Source: Minisyncoccota bacterium (GTDB lineage Bacteria > Patescibacteriota > Minisyncoccia > Phycocordibacterales > UBA918). Taken from it: a stretch of 50,993 bases of DNA. This document shows, piece by piece, positions 34,334-41,684 of the stretch. How positions within the stretch are numbered: position 1 is the first letter of the stretch; the number at the start of each line of letters is the position of its first letter. The notes under the pieces were generated by a model. That model saw only the letters and a list, made by a program, of their open reading frames with translations. It was not told the DNA's origin and made no database searches. The DNA lies in assembly GCA_017992505.1 (NCBI GenBank), contig JAGOON010000002.1, positions 1-50,993 of the forward strand, in the 5' to 3' direction. Both the position numbers and the translations under genes were made by a program.

Positions 34334-34687
34334 ATGGAAACAATCATCAAACAGAAACTATCATTTATAGCAATCACCACTTGGCTTATACTCGCCACAC
34401 CATGGCTTGTGGGTGCCCAAGCCTCACAAGGTCTTGAAAATCCCCTAAGAGTTAGTTCCATTCAGGAGTTATTGCTAATTCTTCTCAATCTGGTGATTAT
34501 CATTGCCACACCGATTGTCGTCCTCTTTATTATTCTTGCTGGCTTCAAATATGTAACGGCACGTGGAAACCCAGCTCAAATTCAGGAAGCAACCCAAGCA
34601 CTCACCTATGCAATTATTGGTGGGGTACTTATCATTGGGGCTGTGGCTATTGCAGATATTATTAAGAACCTCGTCAACGCATTTTAA
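34334..34687 (+). CDS. TrbC/VirB2-like small pilin-type membrane protein, paralog 1
   Basis: 117 aa. Signal peptide (…WLVGAQA) followed by two hydrophobic helices separated by a short polar loop (KYVTARGNPAQIQEATQ). Confidence 0.5.
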   Translation: METIIKQKLSFIAITTWLILATPWLVGAQASQGLENPLRVSSIQELLLILLNLVIIIATPIVVLFIILAGFKYVTARGNPAQIQEATQALTYAIIGGVLIIGAVAIADIIKNLVNAF

Positions 34688-34693
34688 ATAGGT

Positions 34694-34951
34694 ATGCAAA
34701 ACACACCAACTACTTTCAAAGGTCTTGTCGGAGTAATTATTGATTTCATCAATATCCTCATTCCCGTACTTTTTGGTCTACTCTTCTTGTATGTTATGTG
34801 GAAGATTATCGATGCCTGGATAATTAACGCTGGGAATGAGACTAAACGTGAAGAGGGTAAACAAATGGTCGTAGTGGCGGTCGTGGTATTTGTACTCATG
34901 GTAAGTGCGTGGGGAATCGTTGCGCTTATTAAACAATCAGTCTTTGGCTAG
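34694..34951 (+). CDS. TrbC/VirB2-like small membrane protein, paralog 2
   Basis: 85 aa with two TM helices and a charged loop (NAGNETKREEGKQ). Confidence 0.45.
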   Translation: MQNTPTTFKGLVGVIIDFINILIPVLFGLLFLYVMWKIIDAWIINAGNETKREEGKQMVVVAVVVFVLMVSAWGIVALIKQSVFG

Positions 34952-35004
34952 TCAAAATCTTGTTTTTACTGTTTAATAAAAGAATTAACCCTAATACATC
35001 ATTT

Positions 35005-35385
35005 ATGTCACGCATTATTGGCTTCTTGCTCCTCAATATCGCATTTATTCCTTCGCTCGCTTTCGCCCAACTTGCATCACGCCAAGGCGGTGGTGCGGGC
35101 GTTGAGCAGTTGATGAAAAATATCCTCGACTTTGCTAACTCAGTACTCATCCCATTCATTATTGGTATCGGGTTTCTTTTCTTTGTGTGGGGAATGTTCC
35201 AGTACTTCATCGCTGGTGGTGCAAATGAAGAGTCAAAGGAAAAGGGGAAGAGTCTTATGATCAATGCCACTATTGGTTTTGTTGTTATCATTGTCTTCTT
35301 TGGCATCATCAATATGCTTACAAGCAGCACTGGTCTTGAAGGGCAGTACATCAAAAACGTCCCTACGGTAATCGTTCCAGAATAA
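35005..35385 (+). CDS. TrbC/VirB2-like small pilin-type membrane protein, paralog 3
   Basis: 126 aa from the ATG at 35005. Signal peptide ...PSLAFA, a Gly-run, and the core LIPFIIGIGFLFFVWGMFQYFIAGGANEESKEKGKSLM. Confidence 0.55.
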   Translation: MSRIIGFLLLNIAFIPSLAFAQLASRQGGGAGVEQLMKNILDFANSVLIPFIIGIGFLFFVWGMFQYFIAGGANEESKEKGKSLMINATIGFVVIIVFFGIINMLTSSTGLEGQYIKNVPTVIVPE

Positions 35386-35486
35386 TTGGTTATGCACAGG
35401 CACTGTCATTTAATGACAAAAAGTCTTTGTTTCTCAATTATAATTAAACAAACGTAGTCACGTTGTTAATCATTTACATAGTTAGT

Positions 35487-35876
35487 ATGAAACGAATTAT
35501 CTATACACTAAGCAGTTCAGCTTTATTAATGGCTCCATTTGCGCATGCGCAAATTACTTCACCAGGTGGAGGCGGTGGCGAGTTTCAAGAACTTCTAAAG
35601 AATATTCTTGACTTCACAAACACCGTTCTCATTCCATTCATTATTGGTATCGGCTTCCTTGTATTTGTGTGGGGAATGTTCCAGTACTTCATCGCTGGTG
35701 GTGCTAACGATGACAAGAAGGAAAAGGGAAAGAGCTTAATGATTTACGCAACGCTTGGCTTTGTACTCATTATTGTTTTCTGGGGTATTGTCAACCTCCT
35801 CACAAGTAGTCTCTTCAGTAATTCAGATATTACTGGTCCAAATAATGTACCGACAGTACCAAACACTATTCCTTAA
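35487..35876 (+). CDS. TrbC/VirB2-like small pilin-type membrane protein, paralog 4
   Basis: 129 aa from the ATG at 35487. Signal peptide ...APFAHA. The core is nearly identical to paralog 3, with a 41-nt identical DNA run at 35182-35222 and 35662-35702. Confidence 0.55.
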   Translation: MKRIIYTLSSSALLMAPFAHAQITSPGGGGGEFQELLKNILDFTNTVLIPFIIGIGFLVFVWGMFQYFIAGGANDDKKEKGKSLMIYATLGFVLIIVFWGIVNLLTSSLFSNSDITGPNNVPTVPNTIP

Positions 35877-35892
35877 GTAGTGAACACTATAC

Positions 35893-35927
35893 AAAAAACG
35901 ACAGGTCTTCCACCTGTCGTTTTTTTG
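35893..35927 (+). terminator. Intrinsic terminator after pilin paralog 4
   Basis: aaaaaacgacaggt-cttcc-acctgtcgtttttt. It lies inside the GTG-started track ORF 35880.., which argues for the later start of paralog 5. Confidence 0.8.
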
Positions 35928-35965
35928 TATTCCCACCAATTGCTTCTAAAACTAATAACCTATGC

Positions 35966-35971
35966 TAGTAT
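35966..35971 (+). promoter_or_regulatory. -10-like TAGTAT, 7 nt upstream of the ATG at 35979
   Basis: TAGTAT-ttcaaat-ATG. Confidence 0.35.
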
Positions 35972-35978
35972 TTCAAAT

Positions 35979-36317
35979 ATGTCACCAGCACAGCAAACAG
36001 CAGTTGCGGAAGCCAATAGTTTTGTTGATAAATTTAACAACGCCATACTGTTTCCGCTTATTGCACTTTTATCGGCTGTCGCATTTTTTATATTTTTGTT
36101 TGGTTGTGCTGAGTATGTCATGAACGCCAGCAATACCGCAGGTCGCGAGAAGGGTATAAAGCACATTACGTGGGGAATTATCGGTTTGGTGGTAATGGTC
36201 TCGGCCTGGGCGATTCTCCGTATCGCAGCGGGGACGTTTGGCTTGGATCAAGAGCTCAGCTGTGCCAATGACCCAACTGGAAGTGGTTGTGATTCAGTGT
36301 TTCAGGTTAGCCCATAA
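35979..36317 (+). CDS. TrbC/VirB2-like small membrane protein, paralog 5 (no signal peptide seen)
   Basis: 112 aa with two TM helices and a polar loop (NASNTAGREKGIKH). The Cys-containing tail reads CANDPTGSGC. Confidence 0.45.
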   Translation: MSPAQQTAVAEANSFVDKFNNAILFPLIALLSAVAFFIFLFGCAEYVMNASNTAGREKGIKHITWGIIGLVVMVSAWAILRIAAGTFGLDQELSCANDPTGSGCDSVFQVSP

Positions 36318-36318
36318 A

Positions 36319-36350
36319 GAAAAGGCCCCGACGGAAGTCGGGGCCTGTTT
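36319..36350. terminator. Bidirectional intrinsic terminator
   Basis: aggccccgac-ggaa-gtcggggcct. Confidence 0.8.
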
Positions 36351-36371
36351 AGGTAAAGAACAGTAGGAATA

Positions 36372-37130
36372 TTATTTTGAGAGCGCTTCGAGCGTAGCTT
36401 TGTCGAAGCGAGCAACTGCGCCTGGTTGATAGTCAGCTGGAGCGATGAAAATCGGAAGCTTTGTGAGTCCGAGACGCATCATCTCTTCGCGATTAAACAC
36501 CACCCTGCCTTGACCGTCGATAGCTCCAGGATAACCAGTTTGCACATGGGCAAACTCGTCAACTGTTCGTCCACGAAGGACAGAGCTTTGGTTGTCGAAG
36601 GCGAGCTTGGGAATACCTGTCTCGCGAAGATCAAGGACCATGAATGGTTCATCCCAGCACGATTGCAAATCAAGGACCATTCCTGTAGCTGGTACCATCG
36701 TATTAATTTGCTTATCAGGGCAGAGCGCATCCTCCTTTTCCCAAGTGGAAAAGATGATGAGCGATCCAGCGACGGCCGTAAACCCAATGAGCCATTCGGC
36801 CACATGGACTGATTTTTCACGACTTTCTTTGTTCATTCGGAACAAACCGATAATGATGATAAGACCGACAATGCCGACTCCATACCACCACAATGGAACG
36901 TCTGGACCGAGAATGGATTCCTGGAGTGACACGAGGTCACCCCAGAAGTACCAGCAGATGAAGCCTATGACGACAGTGATTGCTGTCGCCCAAATACCCT
37001 GGTTGGTTCTCGAAGACATAGTTGCCCCGAGCGAGCCATTGTAAGGCATTCTGAGGCTACCGCGACGACGAAGGGAGTTTGCTCCAATCGCTGTCGCTAT
37101 TATTATGAATGCGAAAAGCCAAGCAGGCAT
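36372..37130 (-). CDS. Hypothetical polytopic membrane protein with a soluble C-terminal domain (SPFH partner)
   Basis: 252 aa. Four predicted TM helices followed by about 110 aa of soluble sequence. Starts 6 nt after the SPFH gene stop. Confidence 0.55.
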   Translation of the reverse strand: MPAWLFAFIIIATAIGANSLRRRGSLRMPYNGSLGATMSSRTNQGIWATAITVVIGFICWYFWGDLVSLQESILGPDVPLWWYGVGIVGLIIIIGLFRMNKESREKSVHVAEWLIGFTAVAGSLIIFSTWEKEDALCPDKQINTMVPATGMVLDLQSCWDEPFMVLDLRETGIPKLAFDNQSSVLRGRTVDEFAHVQTGYPGAIDGQGRVVFNREEMMRLGLTKLPIFIAPADYQPGAVARFDKATLEALSK

Positions 37131-37136
37131 TGTAAA

Positions 37137-38567
37137 TTACTCCTCTGTTTTGCTCTCGATTCGATTCGGAGCAGGTTTGGTTTTCAACATTGCACCGACC
37201 ACCGAAGCTGCCTGTGCCATACCATCTCCGCCAAATATGACAGCGTTGCCACCCTTGGCGATTTCGCGAGCAACTTCCGCTGCTTGGACTTCGGCGCCAG
37301 TGACACCAAGATTCTCCGCTAGCTTCTTTTGACCCGCAGCACGGCCGATGAGCGTCTGTTCTTCAAGTACTCGTGCAGCTTCGGCCTCAGCTTCGCCTCG
37401 GGCGATGATGAGGGTTTTTTCTGCACGACTTTCAAACTCTGCTTCAGTGGCAGCACTAATGGCCTTATTCAACTTGTGATGAAGCGGAATCAGCTTCACA
37501 TTTGCACCCACAATATCGATACCCCAGTCGCGGGTACGACGGATGAGTCTCGCGTGGAGGTGAGCATGAATCCAGGCCATGTTCTGATATGCTTGAGCTA
37601 CGCTGATGGTGGGGAGAATACGCTGCAAGACAGTGACCATCTCGTCTTCGATTTGATCATTCACACGCTTGATAGCGTCTTCGCCACCACCCATTTTCCC
37701 AATGAAGGTAATGGCGTTTTTGATACGCCACCTCACAATCGGTACCACTTGCGCAGTGACACGTTTACTGAGGCCATCAGAAGGAACGACGGGTTGGAAG
37801 TCGATGGTGGGAACACCATATTTGCTCTTCTTGTCCCCGACTGTAGTATTATCGGTAGTTTCGATTGACTCCAATTCTTCAAAATCAAAATCAGTGTACT
37901 CGGACCATTCCTTCTTGCCCTTGATTGGGCTGTCTGGAATGTTGTGAGCAGCATGTTCGACATCAGCGGGATTGACCTTGTGAATTTCCGCCACAGTGAA
38001 GAAATCTTTCAATTTCTCCATAGCTTTTGTTTCGTCGATTGATTCGTTGAACGTCACGCGAATCGGAGGTTTTTTACCTTCAGGTAAGCTGTTGGTATTG
38101 TCGAGTTCACCATGATAGATGTTTTCTGGTTCATCCGGAAATTCTTTCTGGATGACTCGTCCATCGAGTCGATCGATCTGGTAAAGACCGAGCGGTGCGA
38201 AGGGGAGACCTGAGTGGAGCGTATCGACTGGCTTTCCAAAGAAAGTCAGTACGGCGATTTGATCAGGACCAATCGGCTGATTCCAACGGAACGAAAAACC
38301 AACGTATGCAACACTCGCCCAGAAGGTAAGCCATGCATAACTTATAGGTTGTCCGAACACAAAGGATGGATCGCTCAATAGAGCGACACCTGTAGTCAGG
38401 GCGAGTCCGACTGCTGTAGTAATGAGGAAACGACGACCTTTGCTATTCTCCTCACTCGGCAATTTGATTGCGAAACGAGGGAGTAAGCCAGAAAGTCCGA
38501 CCTTGAAGTCTTCAATGAGTCCGTTCATAAGAGATATTCCTTTGTCAAAGTGGGCAGATGTGCCCAT
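37137..38567 (-). CDS. SPFH/Band-7 (stomatin/HflC-like) domain protein, long form
   Basis: 476 aa. N-terminal TM helices and an SPFH core (QIAVLTFFGKPV...GLPFAPLGL...VRWRIKN...GIDIVGANV), followed by an Ala/Glu-rich coiled tail (IARGEAEAEAARVLEEQ). Confidence 0.8.
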   Translation of the reverse strand: MGTSAHFDKGISLMNGLIEDFKVGLSGLLPRFAIKLPSEENSKGRRFLITTAVGLALTTGVALLSDPSFVFGQPISYAWLTFWASVAYVGFSFRWNQPIGPDQIAVLTFFGKPVDTLHSGLPFAPLGLYQIDRLDGRVIQKEFPDEPENIYHGELDNTNSLPEGKKPPIRVTFNESIDETKAMEKLKDFFTVAEIHKVNPADVEHAAHNIPDSPIKGKKEWSEYTDFDFEELESIETTDNTTVGDKKSKYGVPTIDFQPVVPSDGLSKRVTAQVVPIVRWRIKNAITFIGKMGGGEDAIKRVNDQIEDEMVTVLQRILPTISVAQAYQNMAWIHAHLHARLIRRTRDWGIDIVGANVKLIPLHHKLNKAISAATEAEFESRAEKTLIIARGEAEAEAARVLEEQTLIGRAAGQKKLAENLGVTGAEVQAAEVAREIAKGGNAVIFGGDGMAQAASVVGAMLKTKPAPNRIESKTEE

Positions 38568-38701
38568 GAATTCAAACTGGAAGGAAGTCTAGCTTTGTGG
38601 GGTAGAGCCCTCCCATTCCACTTACTATGATACTACACTTTTAACTAAAAGTCAAGTAAGAGGGGCTTGCAAGAGCCTTGATTTATAAGGGTATTTGGGA
38701 G

Positions 38702-38707
38702 TATGAT
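38702..38707 (+). promoter_or_regulatory. -10-like TATGAT, 8 nt upstream of the trhO ATG
   Basis: TATGAT-agtgcatt-ATG. Confidence 0.35.
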
Positions 38708-38715
38708 AGTGCATT

Positions 38716-39756
38716 ATGAAAAATACTCTTGGTAAAGACCTACGCTCGGCAGAAGAGAAGCGAGCTGCTGTTAGAGCCGACATCCGGCCGCGTACCACTG
38801 TGTCATTTTATCGGTATGTGAAAATCGAGAATCCAGAGGCTTTTCGACGCAAGCTTTTAGCTAAGTGGAGTGAGTTTGAGTGTCTTGGTCGTATCTATGT
38901 GGCGCATGAAGGCATCAATGCGCAGATGAATGTATTGACCCAGTACTGGGCAGAATTTGATGCGTGGGTGCAGGCACAACCAGAGCTTGCTGGTATCCCG
39001 TACAAGATTGCGGTTGAGGAGGGAGAAGTGCCGTCATTTTTTAAACTCACTATTAAAGTGAAAGATAAGATTGTCGCTGACGGACTGGATGATGCGAGTT
39101 TTGATGTAACCAACACAGGCGCATATCTTACCGCAGCTGAGATGAATGAATACATCAATGACCCTGATGCTGTTGTGGTTGATATGCGTAATAACTACGA
39201 AAGTGAGGTTGGGCACTTTGAAAATGCGATTACACCAAACGTAGTGACGTTTCGTGATGAGCTCGTAAAGACACCAGAGCTCTTAAGGATTCATAAAAAT
39301 AAAAAAGTCGCACTGTATTGTACTGGTGGAATTCGTTGTGAGAAAGCGAGCGCATGGCTAAAGCATAATGGCTTTACCGATGTACGACACCTTAAGGGAG
39401 GAATTATTGATTATGCTCACCAAGTGAAAGAGCAGGGGCTCGAAAATAAATTTAAGGGTAAGAACTTCGTGTTTGATGAGCGACTCGGTGAACGAATTGG
39501 CGGTGAAATTATTTCAACTTGTCATCTTTGTAAGAAAAGCAAGAGTGATACGCACTACCACTGTAAGAATCAGATTTGCCACACGCTGTTTATCGGATGT
39601 GATGATTGTATTGAGAAAAAGCAAGGGTATTGTTCGGTACGGTGTAGACTTGTTGATAAGCTTCCTGCGAAGCAGAAGAAAGTAGTGGCTCGTCACTACA
39701 ATCAGTTGATTCGTAAGCGGCAGAAGTTTGAGAAGACGAGGTTGGTAGGAGTGTAA
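38716..39756 (+). CDS. trhO: Rhodanese-domain protein of the UPF0176/YceA family (tRNA U34 hydroxylase TrhO)
   Basis: 346 aa. N-terminal UPF0176 region (SFYRYVKIENPE...AHEGINAQMN), a rhodanese active-site loop (CTGGIRCEKA), and a Cys-rich C-terminal extension. Confidence 0.8.
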   Translation: MKNTLGKDLRSAEEKRAAVRADIRPRTTVSFYRYVKIENPEAFRRKLLAKWSEFECLGRIYVAHEGINAQMNVLTQYWAEFDAWVQAQPELAGIPYKIAVEEGEVPSFFKLTIKVKDKIVADGLDDASFDVTNTGAYLTAAEMNEYINDPDAVVVDMRNNYESEVGHFENAITPNVVTFRDELVKTPELLRIHKNKKVALYCTGGIRCEKASAWLKHNGFTDVRHLKGGIIDYAHQVKEQGLENKFKGKNFVFDERLGERIGGEIISTCHLCKKSKSDTHYHCKNQICHTLFIGCDDCIEKKQGYCSVRCRLVDKLPAKQKKVVARHYNQLIRKRQKFEKTRLVGV

Positions 39757-39757
39757 T

Positions 39758-39788
39758 AAAATGGCCGGCGCAAAACGCCGGCCATTTT
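39758..39788. terminator. Bidirectional intrinsic terminator
   Basis: aaaatggccggcg-caaaa-cgccggccatttt. Confidence 0.85.
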
Positions 39789-39904
39789 ATTTGTGCGTGG
39801 AAGAGTTGAAAAGACATAGGGTGTCTTTTCAAAAGCTCCACTTTTAAATAGTCTCCCAGACTATTTAAACCTGACTGTCCTTTTGTTCTATAAACCGAAC
39901 ACTG

Positions 39905-39985
39905 TGCGCAAGAGAGGACTCGAACCTCCACGGATTGCTCCACTGGTTCCTAAGACCAGCGCGGCTACCATTACGCCACTTGCGC
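39905..39985 (-). tRNA. tRNA-Leu(UAG)
   Basis: 81 nt with a long variable arm: GCGCAAGTGGCGTAATGGTAGCCGCGCTGGTCTTAGGAACCAGTGGAGCAATCCGTGGAGGTTCGAGTCCTCTCTTGCGCA. TATACT lies 13 nt upstream. Confidence 0.93.
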
Positions 39986-40035
39986 AATGCAGGCGAGTAT
40001 AGCAGATTTCGTAGAAATGGGGAATTGGCTCTGTG

Positions 40036-40119
40036 GTCACGAATCACTAAGTATAGCCCCTTCCCTGACGCAGGTTACTAAGTGTTCTCACCAGCTTCGC
40101 TGGTTGCGAGCACTAAGTA
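40036..40119. repeat. GGTCACGA word plus three (T/C)ACTAAGT(A) mini-palindromes (second cluster)
   Basis: ggtcacga at 40036-40043, tcactaagt at 40044-40052, ttactaagt at 40075-40083 and gcactaagt at 40110-40118. Word order parallels 10499-10598. Confidence 0.7.
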
Positions 40120-40194
40120 CCTGCTGTCCCAGCTCGACTGTTTTTCTCCCTAGGAAAGGGGAGAAAAACATGTCTCCGCTTCACATACGAGCAC

Positions 40195-40216
40195 GAAAGC
40201 AAAGCAGTTTGCTTTC
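40195..40216. repeat. Conserved 22-nt hairpin, copy 4 of 5
   Basis: gaaagcaa-agcagt-ttgctttc. Confidence 0.8.
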
Positions 40217-40217
40217 T

Positions 40218-40255
40218 AAAGAAAATGACCATTCCTAGGAATGGTCATTTTCTTT
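40218..40255. terminator. Intrinsic terminator directly 3' of tRNA-Lys
   Basis: aaagaaaatgaccattcc-ta-ggaatggtcattttcttt. Confidence 0.85.
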
Positions 40256-40264
40256 ACTCATATG

Positions 40265-40337
40265 TGCGCCCTCAAGGGCTCGAACCTTGGACCGTCTCCT
40301 TAAGAGGGAGCTGCTCTACCAACTGAGCTAAGGGCGC
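40265..40337 (-). tRNA. tRNA-Lys(CUU)
   Basis: 73 nt: GCGCCCTTAGCTCAGTTGGTAGAGCAGCTCCCTCTTAAGGAGACGGTCCAAGGTTCGAGCCCTTGAGGGCGCA. Confidence 0.93.
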
Positions 40338-40483
40338 ATATCTTGGTCGGGAAGAGTGTACCTGAAAACGTTAGAGCTGACAAGCGCAAGACTCGGTCAC
40401 AGATAAATTTCTTTCAGAAATTTTCCGCGACCCCGCCTCACTCATTCGCTGGCTCACATCGTTCCGGCTTTCGAGTCCCGCCC

Positions 40484-40505
40484 GCAAGCAAAGCAGTTTG
40501 CTTGC
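40484..40505. repeat. Conserved 22-nt hairpin, copy 5 of 5
   Basis: gcaagcaa-agcagt-ttgcttgc, identical to the copy at 18135-18156. Confidence 0.8.
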
Positions 40506-40507
40506 TT

Positions 40508-40568
40508 CCCGGCACTATTAAAATCAAAACCGCACATGTGTGCGGCTAGGATTTTATATAGTGCCGGG
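40508..40568. terminator. Interrupted palindrome/terminator that begins inside tRNA-Leu(UAA)
   Basis: cccggcactat..taaaatc..ccgcaca-tg-tgtgcgg..gatttta..atagtgccggg. The right arm is the tRNA acceptor 3' strand plus trailer. Confidence 0.75.
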
Positions 40569-40646
40569 AGCGGGACTCGAACCCGCACGCCGTTTAACTG
40601 ACAAAGGATTTTAAGTCCTTCGCGTCTACCATTCCGCCATCCCGGC
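40562..40646 (-). tRNA. tRNA-Leu(UAA)
   Basis: 85 nt with a long variable arm: GCCGGGATGGCGGAATGGTAGACGCGAAGGACTTAAAATCCTTTGTCAGTTAAACGGCGTGCGGGTTCGAGTCCCGCTCCCGGCA. Confidence 0.93.
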
Positions 40647-40716
40647 ACACGGGACATATGAAATCATATGCATTTGAGACTATGTATCCCTCGTGTTTGG
40701 TAAAACCAAACCCGTG

Positions 40717-40788
40717 AGTCCTGGGCGGGAATCGAACCCGCGCATGAAGGATTTGCAGTCCCCAGCGTTTCCACTTCGCCACCAGGAC
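40717..40788 (-). tRNA. tRNA-Cys(GCA)
   Basis: 72 nt: GTCCTGGTGGCGAAGTGGAAACGCTGGGGACTGCAAATCCTTCATGCGCGGGTTCGATTCCCGCCCAGGACT. The discriminator is U, as expected for Cys. Confidence 0.9.
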
Positions 40789-40867
40789 GGTGCTTTTCAA
40801 AAGAAAAGTTCCCGTACTTTAGCACATTACGAGGTCGTCTCAAAACAGTATTTTCTAATATTACTGG

Positions 40868-40873
40868 TATACT
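40868..40873 (+). promoter_or_regulatory. -10-like TATACT, 8 nt upstream of the ATG at 40882
   Basis: TATACT-tttcttat-ATG. Confidence 0.35.
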
Positions 40874-40881
40874 TTTCTTAT

Positions 40882-41301
40882 ATGAAAGAAGTAGCAAAAT
40901 GGCGACAAAGCAAAAAAGCACGCCTCATTATCATTATTGGATTACTAGTAATAGTGGCACTCCTTGCGTTTTTCTTTGAGAAGTTACGATTGTGGATGCT
41001 CGGAATAGGAATAGTCCTTTTGGCAGCACTCGGCATGGAAGTCTCTAATACTGATTTGGATTTAGGAAAATTAATGAGCGGGGAGTCAGTTCAGGAATCA
41101 TTGATAAAGCGTGATGTGTCTGGTAATCCAATTTTTGGAGCGACTTGTGAGGAAAATGTCTATAATTGTGGTGACTTCAGTACACAAAAAGAAGCACAAG
41201 AGGTGTATGATACCTGTCACACTTCAGAGAACCCAGATCGGCATGGTTTGGATAGAGATGGTGACGGCATTGCGTGCCAGAGTCTTCCAGCCGGTACTTA
41301 G
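40882..41301 (+). CDS. Membrane-anchored protein with a C-terminal Excalibur calcium-binding domain
   Basis: 139 aa from the ATG at 40882. Two TM helices. The C-terminus [16 protein letters not shown]...[10 protein letters not shown] matches the Excalibur motif. The upstream part of track ORF 40693.. overlaps tRNA-Cys and is not coding. Confidence 0.75.
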   Translation: MKEVAKWRQSKKARLIIIIGLLVIVALLAFFFEKLRLWMLGIGIVLLAALGMEVSNTDLDLGKLMSGESVQESLIKRDVSGNPIFGATCEENVYNCGDFSTQKEAQEVYDTCHTSENPDRHGLDRDGDGIACQSLPAGT

Positions 41302-41304
41302 TGT

Positions 41305-41334
41305 AAAAAAGCAGTCCATATGGACTGCTTTTTT
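41305..41334. terminator. Bidirectional intrinsic terminator
   Basis: aaaaaagcagtcca-ta-tggactgctttttt. Confidence 0.85.
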
Positions 41335-41677
41335 ATTGTTCGCTTTTTTGCTTCTCAATATCTCGCATCACTTCGTCGACGTGTTGTCGGTGTCGTTCAC
41401 CAGCGTCAATAAAGAATTCAAGGTTTGGAATTCGCTTTAATCTGGCATTTTCCTTGAGGTATTGTCTGAGCTCAGTTGCACTTCGTTTGAGGAAAATAAG
41501 TGCGTCCTGTTCTTTTCCGTCTGGAATAGTGGTGAAGAAGATAATCGCTCGCTTCAGATCGGGTGATATATCGACACGGGTGATAGTAATGAGAGGGTTA
41601 GTGTTGGCTTCGTGTTGAATGAAAGTCGCAGCACATTCTTGAATGATATTGCCGACTCGGCCTTGGCGTTCTGACAT
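41333..41677 (-). CDS. rbfA: Ribosome-binding factor A
   Basis: 114 aa lying directly downstream of infB, with RbfA-like motifs (RVGNIIQE..., ITRVDISPDLK.A.I). Confidence 0.85.
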   Translation of the reverse strand: MSERQGRVGNIIQECAATFIQHEANTNPLITITRVDISPDLKRAIIFFTTIPDGKEQDALIFLKRSATELRQYLKENARLKRIPNLEFFIDAGERHRQHVDEVMRDIEKQKSEQ

Positions 41678-41684
41678 ATGATGA

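Noticed and set aside
40693-40881. N-terminal 63 codons of track ORF 40693-41301
   Set aside because: This part overlaps tRNA-Cys on the opposite strand. The real gene most likely starts at the ATG at 40882, which has a TATACT 8 nt upstream.
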